The notes beneath the pieces are model-generated. The model did no database searches, was not told the DNA's origin, and saw only the letters and a list, made by a program, of their open reading frames with translations. The position numbers were made by a program, and so were the translations under genes. A stretch of 64,000 nt of DNA, counting the filler, from Stramenopiles sp. TOSAG23-2 (Eukaryota): NCBI GenBank assembly GCA_900128395.1. It is 5 parts of 5 records of this genome, joined end to end, with 100 filler letters (N's around TTAATTAATTAA, not from the genome) between each part and the next. Parts side by side here need not be neighbours in the genome. Positions count along the whole stretch, not along the records: positions 1 to 13,231 come from LT649814.1; 4 more parts are not named here. One strand, 5' to 3'. Shown here piece after piece: positions 1-10,057 of this stretch (positions are counted from its first letter, which is position 1; each line of letters opens with the position of its first letter).

Positions 1-3000
1 AACGTGAAGAAGCATTGAAGAAAGCAGAAGAAGATAAAAAAGAAAAAATACGCATGGAAGCTCATGAGAAAAAAGTTGCAGAAGAAAAGAAAAAATCGTA
101 TGAAAGCGATGTTGAAAAAACATGTGATAAGACAGTGGCAAAAATTGTAGAAACTGCGAAAGGAAAAAAATGTGATTGTAAAATTGGTTATGGAAGCATG
201 AGTGGCAGTAAAGAAACTCCATCTGGATCGCATTGTAGTATGTGTGGAGATGGTATGTATAAAGACAAAGTTGATACTAGTTCGTGTGTTGTTCGGAGCA
301 ACTGTGGTAACGGTACTAAAATGCTTGTAGGAGGTGAAGGTTCCAGTTACGAAGATAGACAGTGTATCGCTTGTGAAGAAGATACATATGCTGGGCCCGC
401 TTCACAACAGAAGAATAAAATAGTAAAAGAATGCTACACGGATCTTAACTTACTTGAGATTGCCCTCTTAAGTAGCAACTCAGTTCTGTGCTCCGCAGGT
501 TATTACGGTACTCCCAAATACAATGAACTAGGAGCATATATACATGGGTCATGCAAAATTAAAATATGTACATGTGCACATGGACAACATGCAGTAGGAT
601 CAAAGTGTCCTAGAAATCAAATGGAATATTGCATTCCAAAATGTGACAATGGGTATTTTCTTAGCGGAAACAAATGCCAGAAAAAAGTTTGTAAATGTGA
701 AGATGACAACGGCAATATTGTGGGAGAAAAAGCGATGGGAAAAGATTGTCCGGTTCACGGCAAAAACTTTTGCATGAAATGTAAGAAAGACCATGGGTTT
801 GAAAATAATCAATGCAAATCATGTATGAAACCACAAAGTTTGACCTTATCGTCTGGTAATACATATCACAGAGAGAAATGTAAATGTAACATTGGTTTTG
901 GACAGTATACTACAACAAGTACAAATGGGAAGCACTGTAAAAAATGTGATGGTGTAAATACATTCAGTAAGGTGCCAGGTAATTTCCAATGTCTCCCTCA
1001 TAAGCCGTGTCCGAAAGGACAAGGCCGTGATAACGAGGATACTGAAAATATCGAACGTTTTACAAAAGAAATGAAAAAATGCAAACGATGTACTGGAAAA
1101 AAATATTATTCTCATGATAACAGTCACCAAGAATGTTACCTAGCACCTTTAGAAGAAGTCATTGTTACTAATTATAATGGTGATGTGGAATGCAAACCAG
1201 GTTATCAAAGTATATATAGTCAAGTGGACCTATTTGGAAAATTAATCAAAAAAATAAAATATAATTCATATGGTAGGTATATTCTTGGACAATGCCAGAA
1301 AAAGGTTTGTAAATGTGAAGATGACAACGGCAATATTGTGGGAGAAAAAGCGATGGGAAAAGATTGTCCAGTTCACGGCAAAAACTTTTGCATGAAGTGT
1401 AATGAAGACACGCATTATTTGAAAGGCAATAATAAATGCTATGAAAAAAAATGCCGATGTGAAAATGGAGGTGATGGTGCAAGAGGAATTAATTGTCCTG
1501 TTCATGACGAGTATCATTGTTCAAAATGCAATGAAGGATATGATCCAATTTTGAATCGTAATTTGATTTTAAGCGATAAAACTGTATTTAAAACAAAAAA
1601 ATGCCGATATAAGGTATGTGAATGTAAAGATGGCAACGGCAATATTGTGGGAGAAAAAGCGATGGGAAAAGATTGTCCAGTTCACGGCAAAAACTTTTGC
1701 ATGAAGTGTAATGAAGACACGCATTATTTGAAAGGCAATAATAAATGCTATGAAAAAAAATGCCGATGTGAAAATGGAGGTGATGGTGCAAGAGGAATTA
1801 ATTGTCCTGTTCATGACGAGTATCATTGTTCAAAATGCAATGAAGGATATGATCCAATTTTGAATCGTAATTTGATTTTAAGCGATAAAACTGTATTTAA
1901 AACAAAAAAATGCCGATATAAGGTATGTGAATGTAAAGATGGCAACGGCAATATTGTGGGAGAAAAAGCGATGGGAAAAGATTGTCCAGTTCACGGCAAA
2001 AACTTTTGCGTGAAATGTAAGAAAGACCATGGGTTTAAAAATGGAATTTGTAAACAATGCAGTGATGGAAGTATAACTAATACCCCAGTTTATAGTGAAT
2101 ATCATACCAATCCTTGCATATGTACTTATGGTTATGGTAAAGATTCCGAGAAAACGATTGATAACTTTGGAACACATTGTAAGAGTTGTTCTTATCGAGA
2201 ATTTAGTGCTGAGGAAAGCAATAACAAATGTGATAAACACCAATCATGTCCAGCCGGAAAAGGTCGCAGTAGTGCTAAGCTATTTCCAAAGGATTCTAAA
2301 CACGGCTGTGATAATTGTAATGGTGATGAATACTCTATAAATGATTCGTTTGAAACTTGTTTTCGGTTGCCTGCATCAGCAAAGATCAGTGTCCGTACAA
2401 TTGGTAGCGAAATATTTGGTAGCGGAAATACAGGAGTTCAATGTAAAGAGGGGTATATAAGTGAATCAAGTCGGATAAATAACGGTGCAGTTGCGGCAGA
2501 CGATTACAATAAAAAAGGTTTGTTCATTGGCACATGCCGTTCAAAACACTGTACATGCCAGGATGAAAACTTTGACCCAATAGGCACTGCCGCAATTGGT
2601 AAAAAATGTCCATATGATGGAGAAAATACTTGTATCAATTGTAAACGTGGTTATGTATTACTGAATGGCCGTTGCATAAAGTGCAGAACCGGAATCAGTA
2701 GCACCTCGAAAGAAAGTGAACACAATTCATTTCACACAGAAAGTATGTGTTTATGTGCAATTGGATATGGAAAAAACATACATAATTTTGAAAAAAAAAC
2801 GAATATGCATTGCTATTTCAAGAGACATGATAAACAATACTACAATTTAAAAGACGCAACAGACAGATGTGTTGAAAAAGGCAATGATTGTATCGGTGTT
2901 CATAATTTGGACAATAGGAAAGATGCGTTCTATCTTTGCAAACCATTATCTGATTTTCAAAAGGGGCCTATACCAGATCATCCTGGTCCTCAAACACTTT

Positions 3001-6000
3001 ACAAAAAGTTAAAGGGAAGCCACGCTGTGGACGGTAGTTACTGTACACAATGTAGTAGAGCTACAAGTGCTAATAGAGGAACTTATAGTGACAACTTAAG
3101 TCTTGAACCATGTGTAGTACATACAAAATGCAAAGAGGGGTACGGTCATGAGATACAAAATGAAGATGCTATAGACTTTACAGTACAAGATAAGGGAGAC
3201 ATGTGTGTAAAATGTCCAGTAGGGAAATACTCTACCACCGGGACCAACGAATACTCTCATGGAATATGTTTTGAAGCACCGAAAAATGAAGTCCAGGTAA
3301 TTCCATATCCAGGGCGTACAGGAAATACTGGGGTTGAATGTATATCTGGATTTTGTCCTAGCAGTGGCAGTACAAAACTGGACCTGAAAAAGGATTTTGA
3401 TCAAAATGGAAAGTATATACCTGGACGCTGTAAGTATTGTGTTTGTAGTTGCCCAAATGGAGAAAACGCAGTTGGAATTAAATGTCCAAGTATGGGGGCT
3501 AACGTATGTACAAAGTGTAAAGTTGACTATGGTTTTTCAAATCCAGAGAAAGAAGATCTTGGTACAGGGACATGTCATCAATGCATCAAACCGCAAAGCG
3601 AGGCGAGGGGGGTAGAAGTGACGGGAGATATGGTAAAAGAGTTCCGTGAAGACAATGCTGAAAAAGCCTTATATCATACTGAAACATGCGTGTGTAAAGT
3701 AAGTTATGGAAAGTTTAAGGATCTTGAAGCGAATGGTGGTCATTGTAAAAAATGCGGTTGTGGTTACTATAGTGACACGTCTAGCAACACACCTTGTCAC
3801 AGGAAAACGGGGTGTGACGCTGGACATGGAACAGTTGATGATATTGGAAATTATTATTCACAAAACTCACAATGTCGTTTATGTGCTGCAAATACATATT
3901 CCGTAATCAGATCAGATGATGTATGCCATGCAGTACCAAAAGAAGTAGTCAGAAAAAGCGCAAGTGAACTTCAATGCAAGCTTGGTAGCACAACTTTAAC
4001 TACGAATAGCCGGCAATTGATTACCAACGACCAATACAAAGAGAATTTATCTAAAGAGGAAAGAGAAAAAAAGCAGGAGCAGCGAAATAAACAACAAGCA
4101 GAATATGATGAACTTGAGAGAAAGAAAGAAGAATATGAAAAGAAAAAAGCTCAACGAGACAGTGAAAAAAAAGAGGAGCGGCAGAAAATGGATTCAAAAA
4201 AGGAGGAAAAGAGGAAGAAAGAGGCACAAAAGACGAAAAAAGAGGAAGAAAAGAGAAAGAAAGAAAGTGAACGCGACAAGAAAAAAAATGCATGCGCTGG
4301 AAAGACGGGGTGGTCGTGGGGCTGGTGCTGGGTTACAAATGGGGTAAAAGCCCTTTACAACGGACTCGTCGAGGTAGTAAAAACAATTGCGAGTGCTATT
4401 ACTACCCTTGTAGATGCAATTAAAACACTGGGGGATGCAATTGAATCTATCAGACGCGCGATTGAAGACTTGGGCCATCTAATTCAAGATTGTTGGAATA
4501 AAGTAGTCCATTACGCTAATAAAGCGGCGATGTTAGCTAAGCACTTTTTAGACGTTCAATCGCTTGTCCTTGAACATTATTTCAATAAATCGCTAGCAGA
4601 ATGGAATAATTTTGTATTCACATGGCACAAATTCTGGAAAACAGAGGGAAGGCCACGACATAAACACTGGGATTTTACCCTTGAAAAAGGAGGTAAAATA
4701 CCTACCGGTGGCCACTGCAGGCACTGTAGTGCTGGAGGTTCATTTTTGACTAATATATTTTCTGGTAATAAAAGATGTAATGTTCCAGGCGGAAAATATA
4801 TTCCCGGTCAATGTAAAATGCGTGAATGTACATGCATTTCAGGAATGAAAACGCTTGGAGTCCTCTGCCCAGAAGATGGTAAACAATATTGTACAAGATG
4901 TAATAGTGGTTATGACCTCATATGCGACAATGATGAGAATGTTGAAAAGGTATACTTTTCATCCAATACAAAACGAAATTATGCCGACTCGAAGGCTTGG
5001 TGTGAGGCTAATGGTGGAATGGTTGCAACTATTAATTCCGAAAACGAAAATACTAATGCTCTACATGTATTAGGTTCAAACACTAAGTATATTGGAGGTA
5101 TCTCGGACGGGAATGGGAACTGGCGCTGGGATGATTATAGTCCGTGGAATTACATTTATGCCCATAATGATGGACTACAAGGCAAACGTGAAAGAAGGTT
5201 GGCAATAACTTCTAGTAAAGAATGGCATGATTGGGGAAGTGGAAAAAGCGAATTAGGAGTTATATGCCACCGATTATCTTGTCAACCATTTACAAAAAAT
5301 GTAAAAGATTACGGATGGGCTCCAAGCAAGAAGCTTGGAGTATGCGAAGGCGATTGTGATAGAGACAGTGATTGTAAACCAGGTTTAAAATGTTTCAAAA
5401 GAGGTGCGTATGAACGTGTTCCTGGATGCGCTGGGCAAGGCACACGTGATTTTGATTATTGTATAAAAGTGGGGGAGTGGATCTGGGATGATCAAATGTC
5501 TCAACATGTTCACAAGAAAAAATGCAGAGAACGGAAATGCAAGTGCCATCATGGAGGTGAAGACGGATATGGGGCATCGTGCCCAAAACACGGAGTGGAG
5601 CATTGCATGTCTTGCTATGACGGATATGACGCTATTCCAATTACAGAGATTCGTGATGTGGAAACAAATGATATGTTTAAAACTGAAAAGTGTCGCTTGC
5701 GCGAGTGCAGATGCGATAATGGGGTTGGGGCAACTGGGGCAGCATGCCCGAAACATGGAGCTTTTAAATGTGCAAAATGCAAAGCTAATTTTGGGTTAAA
5801 AAATTACGGCAGTGCAAAAGTACATCATACTTGTGAAAAATGCGTTGAAGGTAGTACTACAAAAGAAAAACGAGAATCCTCATATCATGACAAACAGTGT
5901 GTGTGCATATTTGGGTATGGTAATATTCTAGGTTCTAGTACTCATGCAAACGGCAACATGTGTACAAAATGTGATACAGGCAAGTTTAGCAACAAAGAAG

Positions 6001-8774
6001 ACACAACTGCATGCCGCGAGCATGCAACGTGTCCAGTAGGACAAGGGCGTACAAATGAAAAGTTTTTATCTGATACAAATCATGATTGTAAGAATTGTCC
6101 TAGTGGTACGTATTCCCGTACAAATTCATATGATGTATGCTATACTGCAGATCCTCCAAAAGAAGTTATTGTAGTTGGCAATCCTGGTAATGATGTTAAA
6201 TGCGCCCCCGGTTATTGCAGTATTAATAGTAAGGTTGCGACCCTTCATCCAGATGATTTTGATAAAGATGACAAGTACATTCCTGGTCAATGTGTTATAT
6301 GTACGTGTAAATGTGACAATGGAGAGGCGGCTAAGGGAACTGATTGTCCAAAAATTGGTGAGCATAAATGTATGAAATGTAAAGCTGATTATGGTATACT
6401 TAAGAGAGCTGGAGATAAAGCATCTTATACATGTAAAAAATGTAACCCCGGTTCAATACCAAATGACGTTGTAGTTCATGGATATCATACTGGTCATTGT
6501 GTATGTAAGAAAGGTTACGGTAATACAAAACGAGAAAAAACTGCGAATGGTAGATGGTGTGAAACGTGTGAAACGGGAAAATTTAGTGACTTTAAAGACG
6601 ATACAAGCTGTCGCGTACATATGAAATGTCCAATTGGACAAGGTCGTGTAAGTGAAAGTGGGAAATTAGATAATGACAAAAATCTTGAGGATGAATGTAA
6701 AAATTGTGTAAGTGGTACGTACTCGTCTGTATCATCGCATGATACATGTTTCGATGCGCCTCCAAGTGTAGAAGCTGAGATAATACCATTCCATGGTCCA
6801 GGCAGAGGCGTACGTTGTATCGATGGATATGAAAGTACTATTACAAAAAGTAGAGATGTTAGATATGATGGAAATGGTAAATATATTAAAAACCAGTGTA
6901 AACCAAAAAAATGCATTTGTCCAGAAGGTGGGACAGGATCAACATTGAAACAATGTCCAAAACACCACGATACATGTTGCATATCATGCAAAGAAGATCA
7001 AGGATATCATTTAACAACAAATACACGTAATGAACCAGTATGTGAGCTACGCAAATGCACATGTAGGAATGGTGACGATCCGCATGGAGTCAATTGTCCA
7101 AAAAATTATAATGGAAAGATGTACTGTTCAAGCAAGCTGAAATGTGATGATGGATATTACTTTAAAAACAATGCATGTCACCTGAAAATATGCGAGTGTA
7201 CAAATGGAAAAAGAGCCACGGGAACTGAATGCAATAAACATGGTGATTTTAAATGTATTGCATGTGAGGATGGTTATGGTTTTGGGAATAGTCGGGAACT
7301 TCTTATTAATAACGTTAAAAAGGAAAAAGCATACATATGTGAAGAGTGTAAAGATGGTTCAATACCAAATGACGTTGTAGTTCATGGATATCATACTGGT
7401 CATTGTGTATGTAAGAAAGGTTATGGTAATACAAAACGAGAAAAAACTGCGAATGGTATATGGTGTGAAGCGTGTGAAACGGGAAAATTTAGTGACTTTA
7501 AAGACGATACAAGATGTCGCGTACATACGAAATGTCCAATTGGACAAGGTCGTGCAAATACGAAATTTTCATCTGTCGAAAACCACAAATGTACTGACTG
7601 CCCGCTTGGTAAATATTCTGCTACTAATGATTATGATCAATGTATTGAGCCTTATCCTCCAGAAGAAGTTGCGGTGGTTGGTTGGCCTGGCACGAAGGTT
7701 AAATGTAAATCCAATTTTTTTGGAAAATCGTTATTTATTAACTATGCAATCAAAGTCAGAGATGATCAAAATCGGCTATTGAAGAAGAAGATAAATACAA
7801 TATCGTGCGAGAACGGTCAAATATTAAATGAGAAAAATAAATGTCAGGAAATGGTAAAATATGAATCTAATGTATATGTTCCAGGATCTTGTAGGCCAAA
7901 CGAATTGTCATTTTTCTCTTACCTCAAAAAGAAACGTCGACGCCATTATGTAATTGTAATAGATCGCTCTTCATCTATGGGGGTGCTTTCGGGTGAAAAT
8001 GGTAATGAAAAAAGTAATTTCGATCGTAGTATTGAGATTGCGCGTGTAATTGGCAAAGCTGCAATTCCACTTGATGACAAAGGTATATCTATCATCGTAT
8101 TTGCTGGAGATGGAGATAAAATATATAAGCATGGCATCAAGGACACAGAGGCATTGGAGAAAGCTTTGGAGGTAGAAAACACGGAAATTAGCTCAACTCA
8201 CTTATCACGTGCATTACCAGAGGCTTTTAGCGAACATAATGCTGAGAAAACGTGTTTGAAAGTAGGTGAGAATAATTACAACGTTTGTTGTCCTAATGAC
8301 GATAATGAAGACCGTTCAATTTTCGTACTCACTGATGGAAAAGTTGCTAGACCAGATGATGCGGTGAAAATAATGGAGAAAGAAGTAAATTTTAGAAACA
8401 GGAAGGAGCGCCCGGAATCCTTAACTATATCATTTTTTCAACCAACCCAAGCTGGCCACTTCAACTTTCATGAGCAGTTTAGAAAGGTTACTTTTAATTT
8501 TAATGTGGTAGATGTATCAACATATGATGATTTCAAAAAGAATGGCGAAAAATTCCTGGATACAATTAAAAAAGAAATTGGATATAATGTAATAAAAGAT
8601 GACGGATGGGCTCCAAGCAAGAAGCTTGGAGTATGCGAGGGGGATTGCGATTCGGACATGCATTGTGACTCAGGTTTAACATGTTTTCATAGAAATGGAA
8701 ATGAACCTATTCCAGGGTGTGTTGGGGCAGGTAGGAAAAAAATGGATTATTGTATAAAAGCGGACAAAAAATAA
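1..8774 (+). CDS. Giant Cys-rich repeat surface/adhesion protein (>2919 aa, 5'-truncated): TNFR/GCC2-GCC3-like Cys repeats, central coiled coil, C-type lectin, two frustulin-like ACR domains, C-terminal vWA domain
   Basis: Single uninterrupted ORF with dozens of CxxC..G.(Y/F)S..C / CPxGxGR repeats. C-type lectin-like segment ~4947-5270 (YADSKAWCEANGG..WRWDD..WHDW..GVIC). vWA ~7944-8580 with MIDAS DRSSS and LTDG. CEGDCD modules at ~5313-5466 and ~8603-8757. The frame is open to the window edge. Confidence 0.85.
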   Translation, partial: REEALKKAEEDKKEKIRMEAHEKKVAEEKKKSYESDVEKTCDKTVAKIVETAKGKKCDCKIGYGSMSGSKETPSGSHCSMCGDGMYKDKVDTSSCVVRSNCGNGTKMLVGGEGSSYEDRQCIACEEDTYAGPASQQKNKIVKECYTDLNLLEIALLSSNSVLCSAGYYGTPKYNELGAYIHGSCKIKICTCAHGQHAVGSKCPRNQMEYCIPKCDNGYFLSGNKCQKKVCKCEDDNGNIVGEKAMGKDCPVHGKNFCMKCKKDHGFENNQCKSCMKPQSLTLSSGNTYHREKCKCNIGFGQYTTTSTNGKHCKKCDGVNTFSKVPGNFQCLPHKPCPKGQGRDNEDTENIERFTKEMKKCKRCTGKKYYSHDNSHQECYLAPLEEVIVTNYNGDVECKPGYQSIYSQVDLFGKLIKKIKYNSYGRYILGQCQKKVCKCEDDNGNIVGEKAMGKDCPVHGKNFCMKCNEDTHYLKGNNKCYEKKCRCENGGDGARGINCPVHDEYHCSKCNEGYDPILNRNLILSDKTVFKTKKCRYKVCECKDGNGNIVGEKAMGKDCPVHGKNFCMKCNEDTHYLKGNNKCYEKKCRCENGGDGARGINCPVHDEYHCSKCNEGYDPILNRNLILSDKTVFKTKKCRYKVCECKDGNGNIVGEKAMGKDCPVHGKNFCVKCKKDHGFKNGICKQCSDGSITNTPVYSEYHTNPCICTYGYGKDSEKTIDNFGTHCKSCSYREFSAEESNNKCDKHQSCPAGKGRSSAKLFPKDSKHGCDNCNGDEYSINDSFETCFRLPASAKISVRTIGSEIFGSGNTGVQCKEGYISESSRINNGAVAADDYNKKGLFIGTCRSKHCTCQDENFDPIGTAAIGKKCPYDGENTCINCKRGYVLLNGRCIKCRTGISSTSKESEHNSFHTESMCLCAIGYGKNIHNFEKKTNMHCYFKRHDKQYYNLKDATDRCVEKGNDCIGVHNLDNRKDAFYLCKPLSDFQKGPIPDHPGPQTLYKKLKGSHAVDGSYCTQCSRATSANRGTYSDNLSLEPCVVHTKCKEGYGHEIQNEDAIDFTVQDKGDMCVKCPVGKYSTTGTNEYSHGICFEAPKNEVQVIPYPGRTGNTGVECISGFCPSSGSTKLDLKKDFDQNGKYIPGRCKYCVCSCPNGENAVGIKCPSMGANVCTKCKVDYGFSNPEKEDLGTGTCHQCIKPQSEARGVEVTGDMVKEFREDNAEKALYHTETCVCKVSYGKFKDLEANGGHCKKCGCGYYSDTSSNTPCHRKTGCDAGHGTVDDIGNYYSQNSQCRLCAANTYSVIRSDDVCHAVPKEVVRKSASELQCKLGSTTLTTNSRQLITNDQYKENLSKEEREKKQEQRNKQQAEYDELERKKEEYEKKKAQRDSEKKEERQKMDSKKEEKRKKEAQKTKKEEEKRKKESERDKKKNACAGKTGWSWGWCWVTNGVKALYNGLVEVVKTIASAITTLVDAIKTLGDAIESIRRAIEDLGHLIQDCWNKVVHYANKAAMLAKHFLDVQSLVLEHYFNKSLAEWNNFVFTWHKFWKTEGRPRHKHWDFTLEKGGKIPTGGHCRHCSAGGSFLTNIFSGNKRCNVPGGKYIPGQCKMRECTCISGMKTLGVLCPEDGKQYCTRCNSGYDLICDNDENVEKVYFSSNTKRNYADSKAWCEANGGMVATINSENENTNALHVLGSNTKYIGGISDGNGNWRWDDYSPWNYIYAHNDGLQGKRERRLAITSSKEWHDWGSGKSELGVICHRLSCQPFTKNVKDYGWAPSKKLGVCEGDCDRDSDCKPGLKCFKRGAYERVPGCAGQGTRDFDYCIKVGEWIWDDQMSQHVHKKKCRERKCKCHHGGEDGYGASCPKHGVEHCMSCYDGYDAIPITEIRDVETNDMFKTEKCRLRECRCDNGVGATGAACPKHGAFKCAKCKANFGLKNYGSAKVHHTCEKCVEGSTTKEKRESSYHDKQCVCIFGYGNILGSSTHANGNMCTKCDTGKFSNKEDTTACREHATCPVGQGRTNEKFLSDTNHDCKNCPSGTYSRTNSYDVCYTADPPKEVIVVGNPGNDVKCAPGYCSINSKVATLHPDDFDKDDKYIPGQCVICTCKCDNGEAAKGTDCPKIGEHKCMKCKADYGILKRAGDKASYTCKKCNPGSIPNDVVVHGYHTGHCVCKKGYGNTKREKTANGRWCETCETGKFSDFKDDTSCRVHMKCPIGQGRVSESGKLDNDKNLEDECKNCVSGTYSSVSSHDTCFDAPPSVEAEIIPFHGPGRGVRCIDGYESTITKSRDVRYDGNGKYIKNQCKPKKCICPEGGTGSTLKQCPKHHDTCCISCKEDQGYHLTTNTRNEPVCELRKCTCRNGDDPHGVNCPKNYNGKMYCSSKLKCDDGYYFKNNACHLKICECTNGKRATGTECNKHGDFKCIACEDGYGFGNSRELLINNVKKEKAYICEECKDGSIPNDVVVHGYHTGHCVCKKGYGNTKREKTANGIWCEACETGKFSDFKDDTRCRVHTKCPIGQGRANTKFSSVENHKCTDCPLGKYSATNDYDQCIEPYPPEEVAVVGWPGTKVKCKSNFFGKSLFINYAIKVRDDQNRLLKKKINTISCENGQILNEKNKCQEMVKYESNVYVPGSCRPNELSFFSYLKKKRRRHYVIVIDRSSSMGVLSGENGNEKSNFDRSIEIARVIGKAAIPLDDKGISIIVFAGDGDKIYKHGIKDTEALEKALEVENTEISSTHLSRALPEAFSEHNAEKTCLKVGENNYNVCCPNDDNEDRSIFVLTDGKVARPDDAVKIMEKEVNFRNRKERPESLTISFFQPTQAGHFNFHEQFRKVTFNFNVVDVSTYDDFKKNGEKFLDTIKKEIGYNVIKDDGWAPSKKLGVCEGDCDSDMHCDSGLTCFHRNGNEPIPGCVGAGRKKMDYCIKADKK
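1320..2030 (+). repeat. Intragenic ~309-bp tandem repeat (2 full copies plus a partial third; another partial copy near 680-800)
   Basis: ggcaatattgtgggagaaaaagcgatgggaaaagattgtcc recurs with a 309-nt period (units starting ~1320, 1629, 1938), and the copies are nearly identical. Confidence 0.9.
6450..7553 (+). repeat. Dispersed intragenic duplication of ~200 bp (6450-6648 and 7356-7553)
   Basis: GSIPNDVVVHGYHTGHCVCKKGYGNTKREKTANG...KCPIGQGR is encoded twice by near-identical DNA about 906 nt apart. Confidence 0.85.
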
Positions 8775-9070
8775 AAAAAAGAATGTTTTCGTAAGCGGGA
8801 GTAAATATGATATTCCACATTAATTTTTTACGTTCGTATTTTTAATAATTTTTTTACTTTATTTTAAAAAAAAATAGTTTGTATTTCGAAAACCGGAACA
8901 TGCAGCATATAAATTTTCATATGCATATGTTGCTCATCGTTACTGATCACATTTGGTTTGTGTTGTTCACTCCAACTTCCAACTCTCCAGCATCACTCCT
9001 GCACTCCAGCATCCAGCACTCCAGCATCCAGCATAATCCAATAATACTAAATTTTGGATAATAATAAATT

Positions 9071-9192
9071 TTGAACCGGAATAGCATTATTGATGGTGTG
9101 TATATGCTAGCTTGAACCTAACATGGAATAGCATTACTGATGATGTGTATATGCTAGTAAATGTTAGTGCTGTGTGATGCTAGCTCATGGCC
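9071..9192 (+). repeat. Short tandem/dispersed non-coding element (two copies here, a homologous copy at 26681-26752)
   Basis: ggaatagcatta(t/c)tgatg(g/a)tgtgtatatgctag at 9078 and 9125; ggaataagattactaatggtgtgtatatgctag...gtgctgtgtgatg at 26681. Confidence 0.75.
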
Positions 9193-9495
9193 TTTTCTTA
9201 TCAAATTTTTGAATCAAATAATATATTACTAATATATACATATATACATATATACATATATGTAATATATATACCCGTCGTCGTTGTAATGCATTTCATC
9301 GCATATTCATTCTCCTCATCTTCTCTCTTTTCTTTGATCAATCCTTTTTTCTTTCTCGTTAGAAGTGTAATCCAACAAGAACATCTAATTTCTTTTTTTT
9401 TTTGAACTGGAAAATTTGTAATAAAAATTTTTTATTGGGAGCATTTAGTTTTATCATTTTTAAATATTTTAGATTTCTAGACTATTCATCGTTAA

Positions 9496-9732
9496 TATAT
9501 AGGTCCAAAAGATGAAGATTATGATTATTTATTCAAGGCCCTTACAGGACAGCCCAACGAAGGTAGAAAGCATGGTGGTGGATTGCGGGTAGGTGAAATG
9601 GAAAAGGATTCGTTTAATTCGCATGGCGCTTCCATGGGATTCATTGAATTGGAAAAAACAAACACCAACAGATCTGGTCCCACCAGACAGGGTATTAACA
9701 AAATATTGTATTGCAACGTTAAAATCCTTTAA
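9496..9732 (+). pseudogene. Isolated fragment of a DNA-directed RNA polymerase second-largest subunit (Rpb2/RpoB C-terminal switch region)
   Basis: Frame +1 translates GPKDEDYDYLFKALTGQPNEGRKHGGGLRVGEMEKDSFNSHGAS, matching the conserved LTxQPxxGRxxxGGLRxGEMExDxxxxHGA signature. It is bounded by in-frame stops at 9493 and 9730, and the rest of the gene is not on this contig. Confidence 0.75.
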
Positions 9733-9883
9733 ACCAAAAAAACGATTTCGAAAAAAGAAAATTACCTATGTAAAAAAGAAAGTATTAAAATTTAATAAAG
9801 GCGATACAAAATATTCAGCATGGATGAAAGAATTGGGGTTTTGAAAATAATATATACTGAGATGCATTTTTACGTTGTAGAAG

Positions 9884-10057
9884 GGATGGTTAAGTAAAAT
9901 TGAACGATTGGATACGAGTGCATCGTATACAAAAAATTGGAAAGATAGAGTAGATCAAGGAAATACGGCATTGCATTTTGCGGCGTTTGGATGTAAAAAT
10001 AAAGCATTAAAATTATTATTACTTACTCACACATTCTCGGATATTTTTATTTATTAA
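9884..10057 (+). pseudogene. Ankyrin-repeat fragment
   Basis: Frame +2 translates ...DQGNTALHFAAFGCKNKALKLLL, which fits the ankyrin consensus GxT(P/A)LHxAAxxxxxxxxxLLL. It has no start codon and is followed by a stop. Confidence 0.55.
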
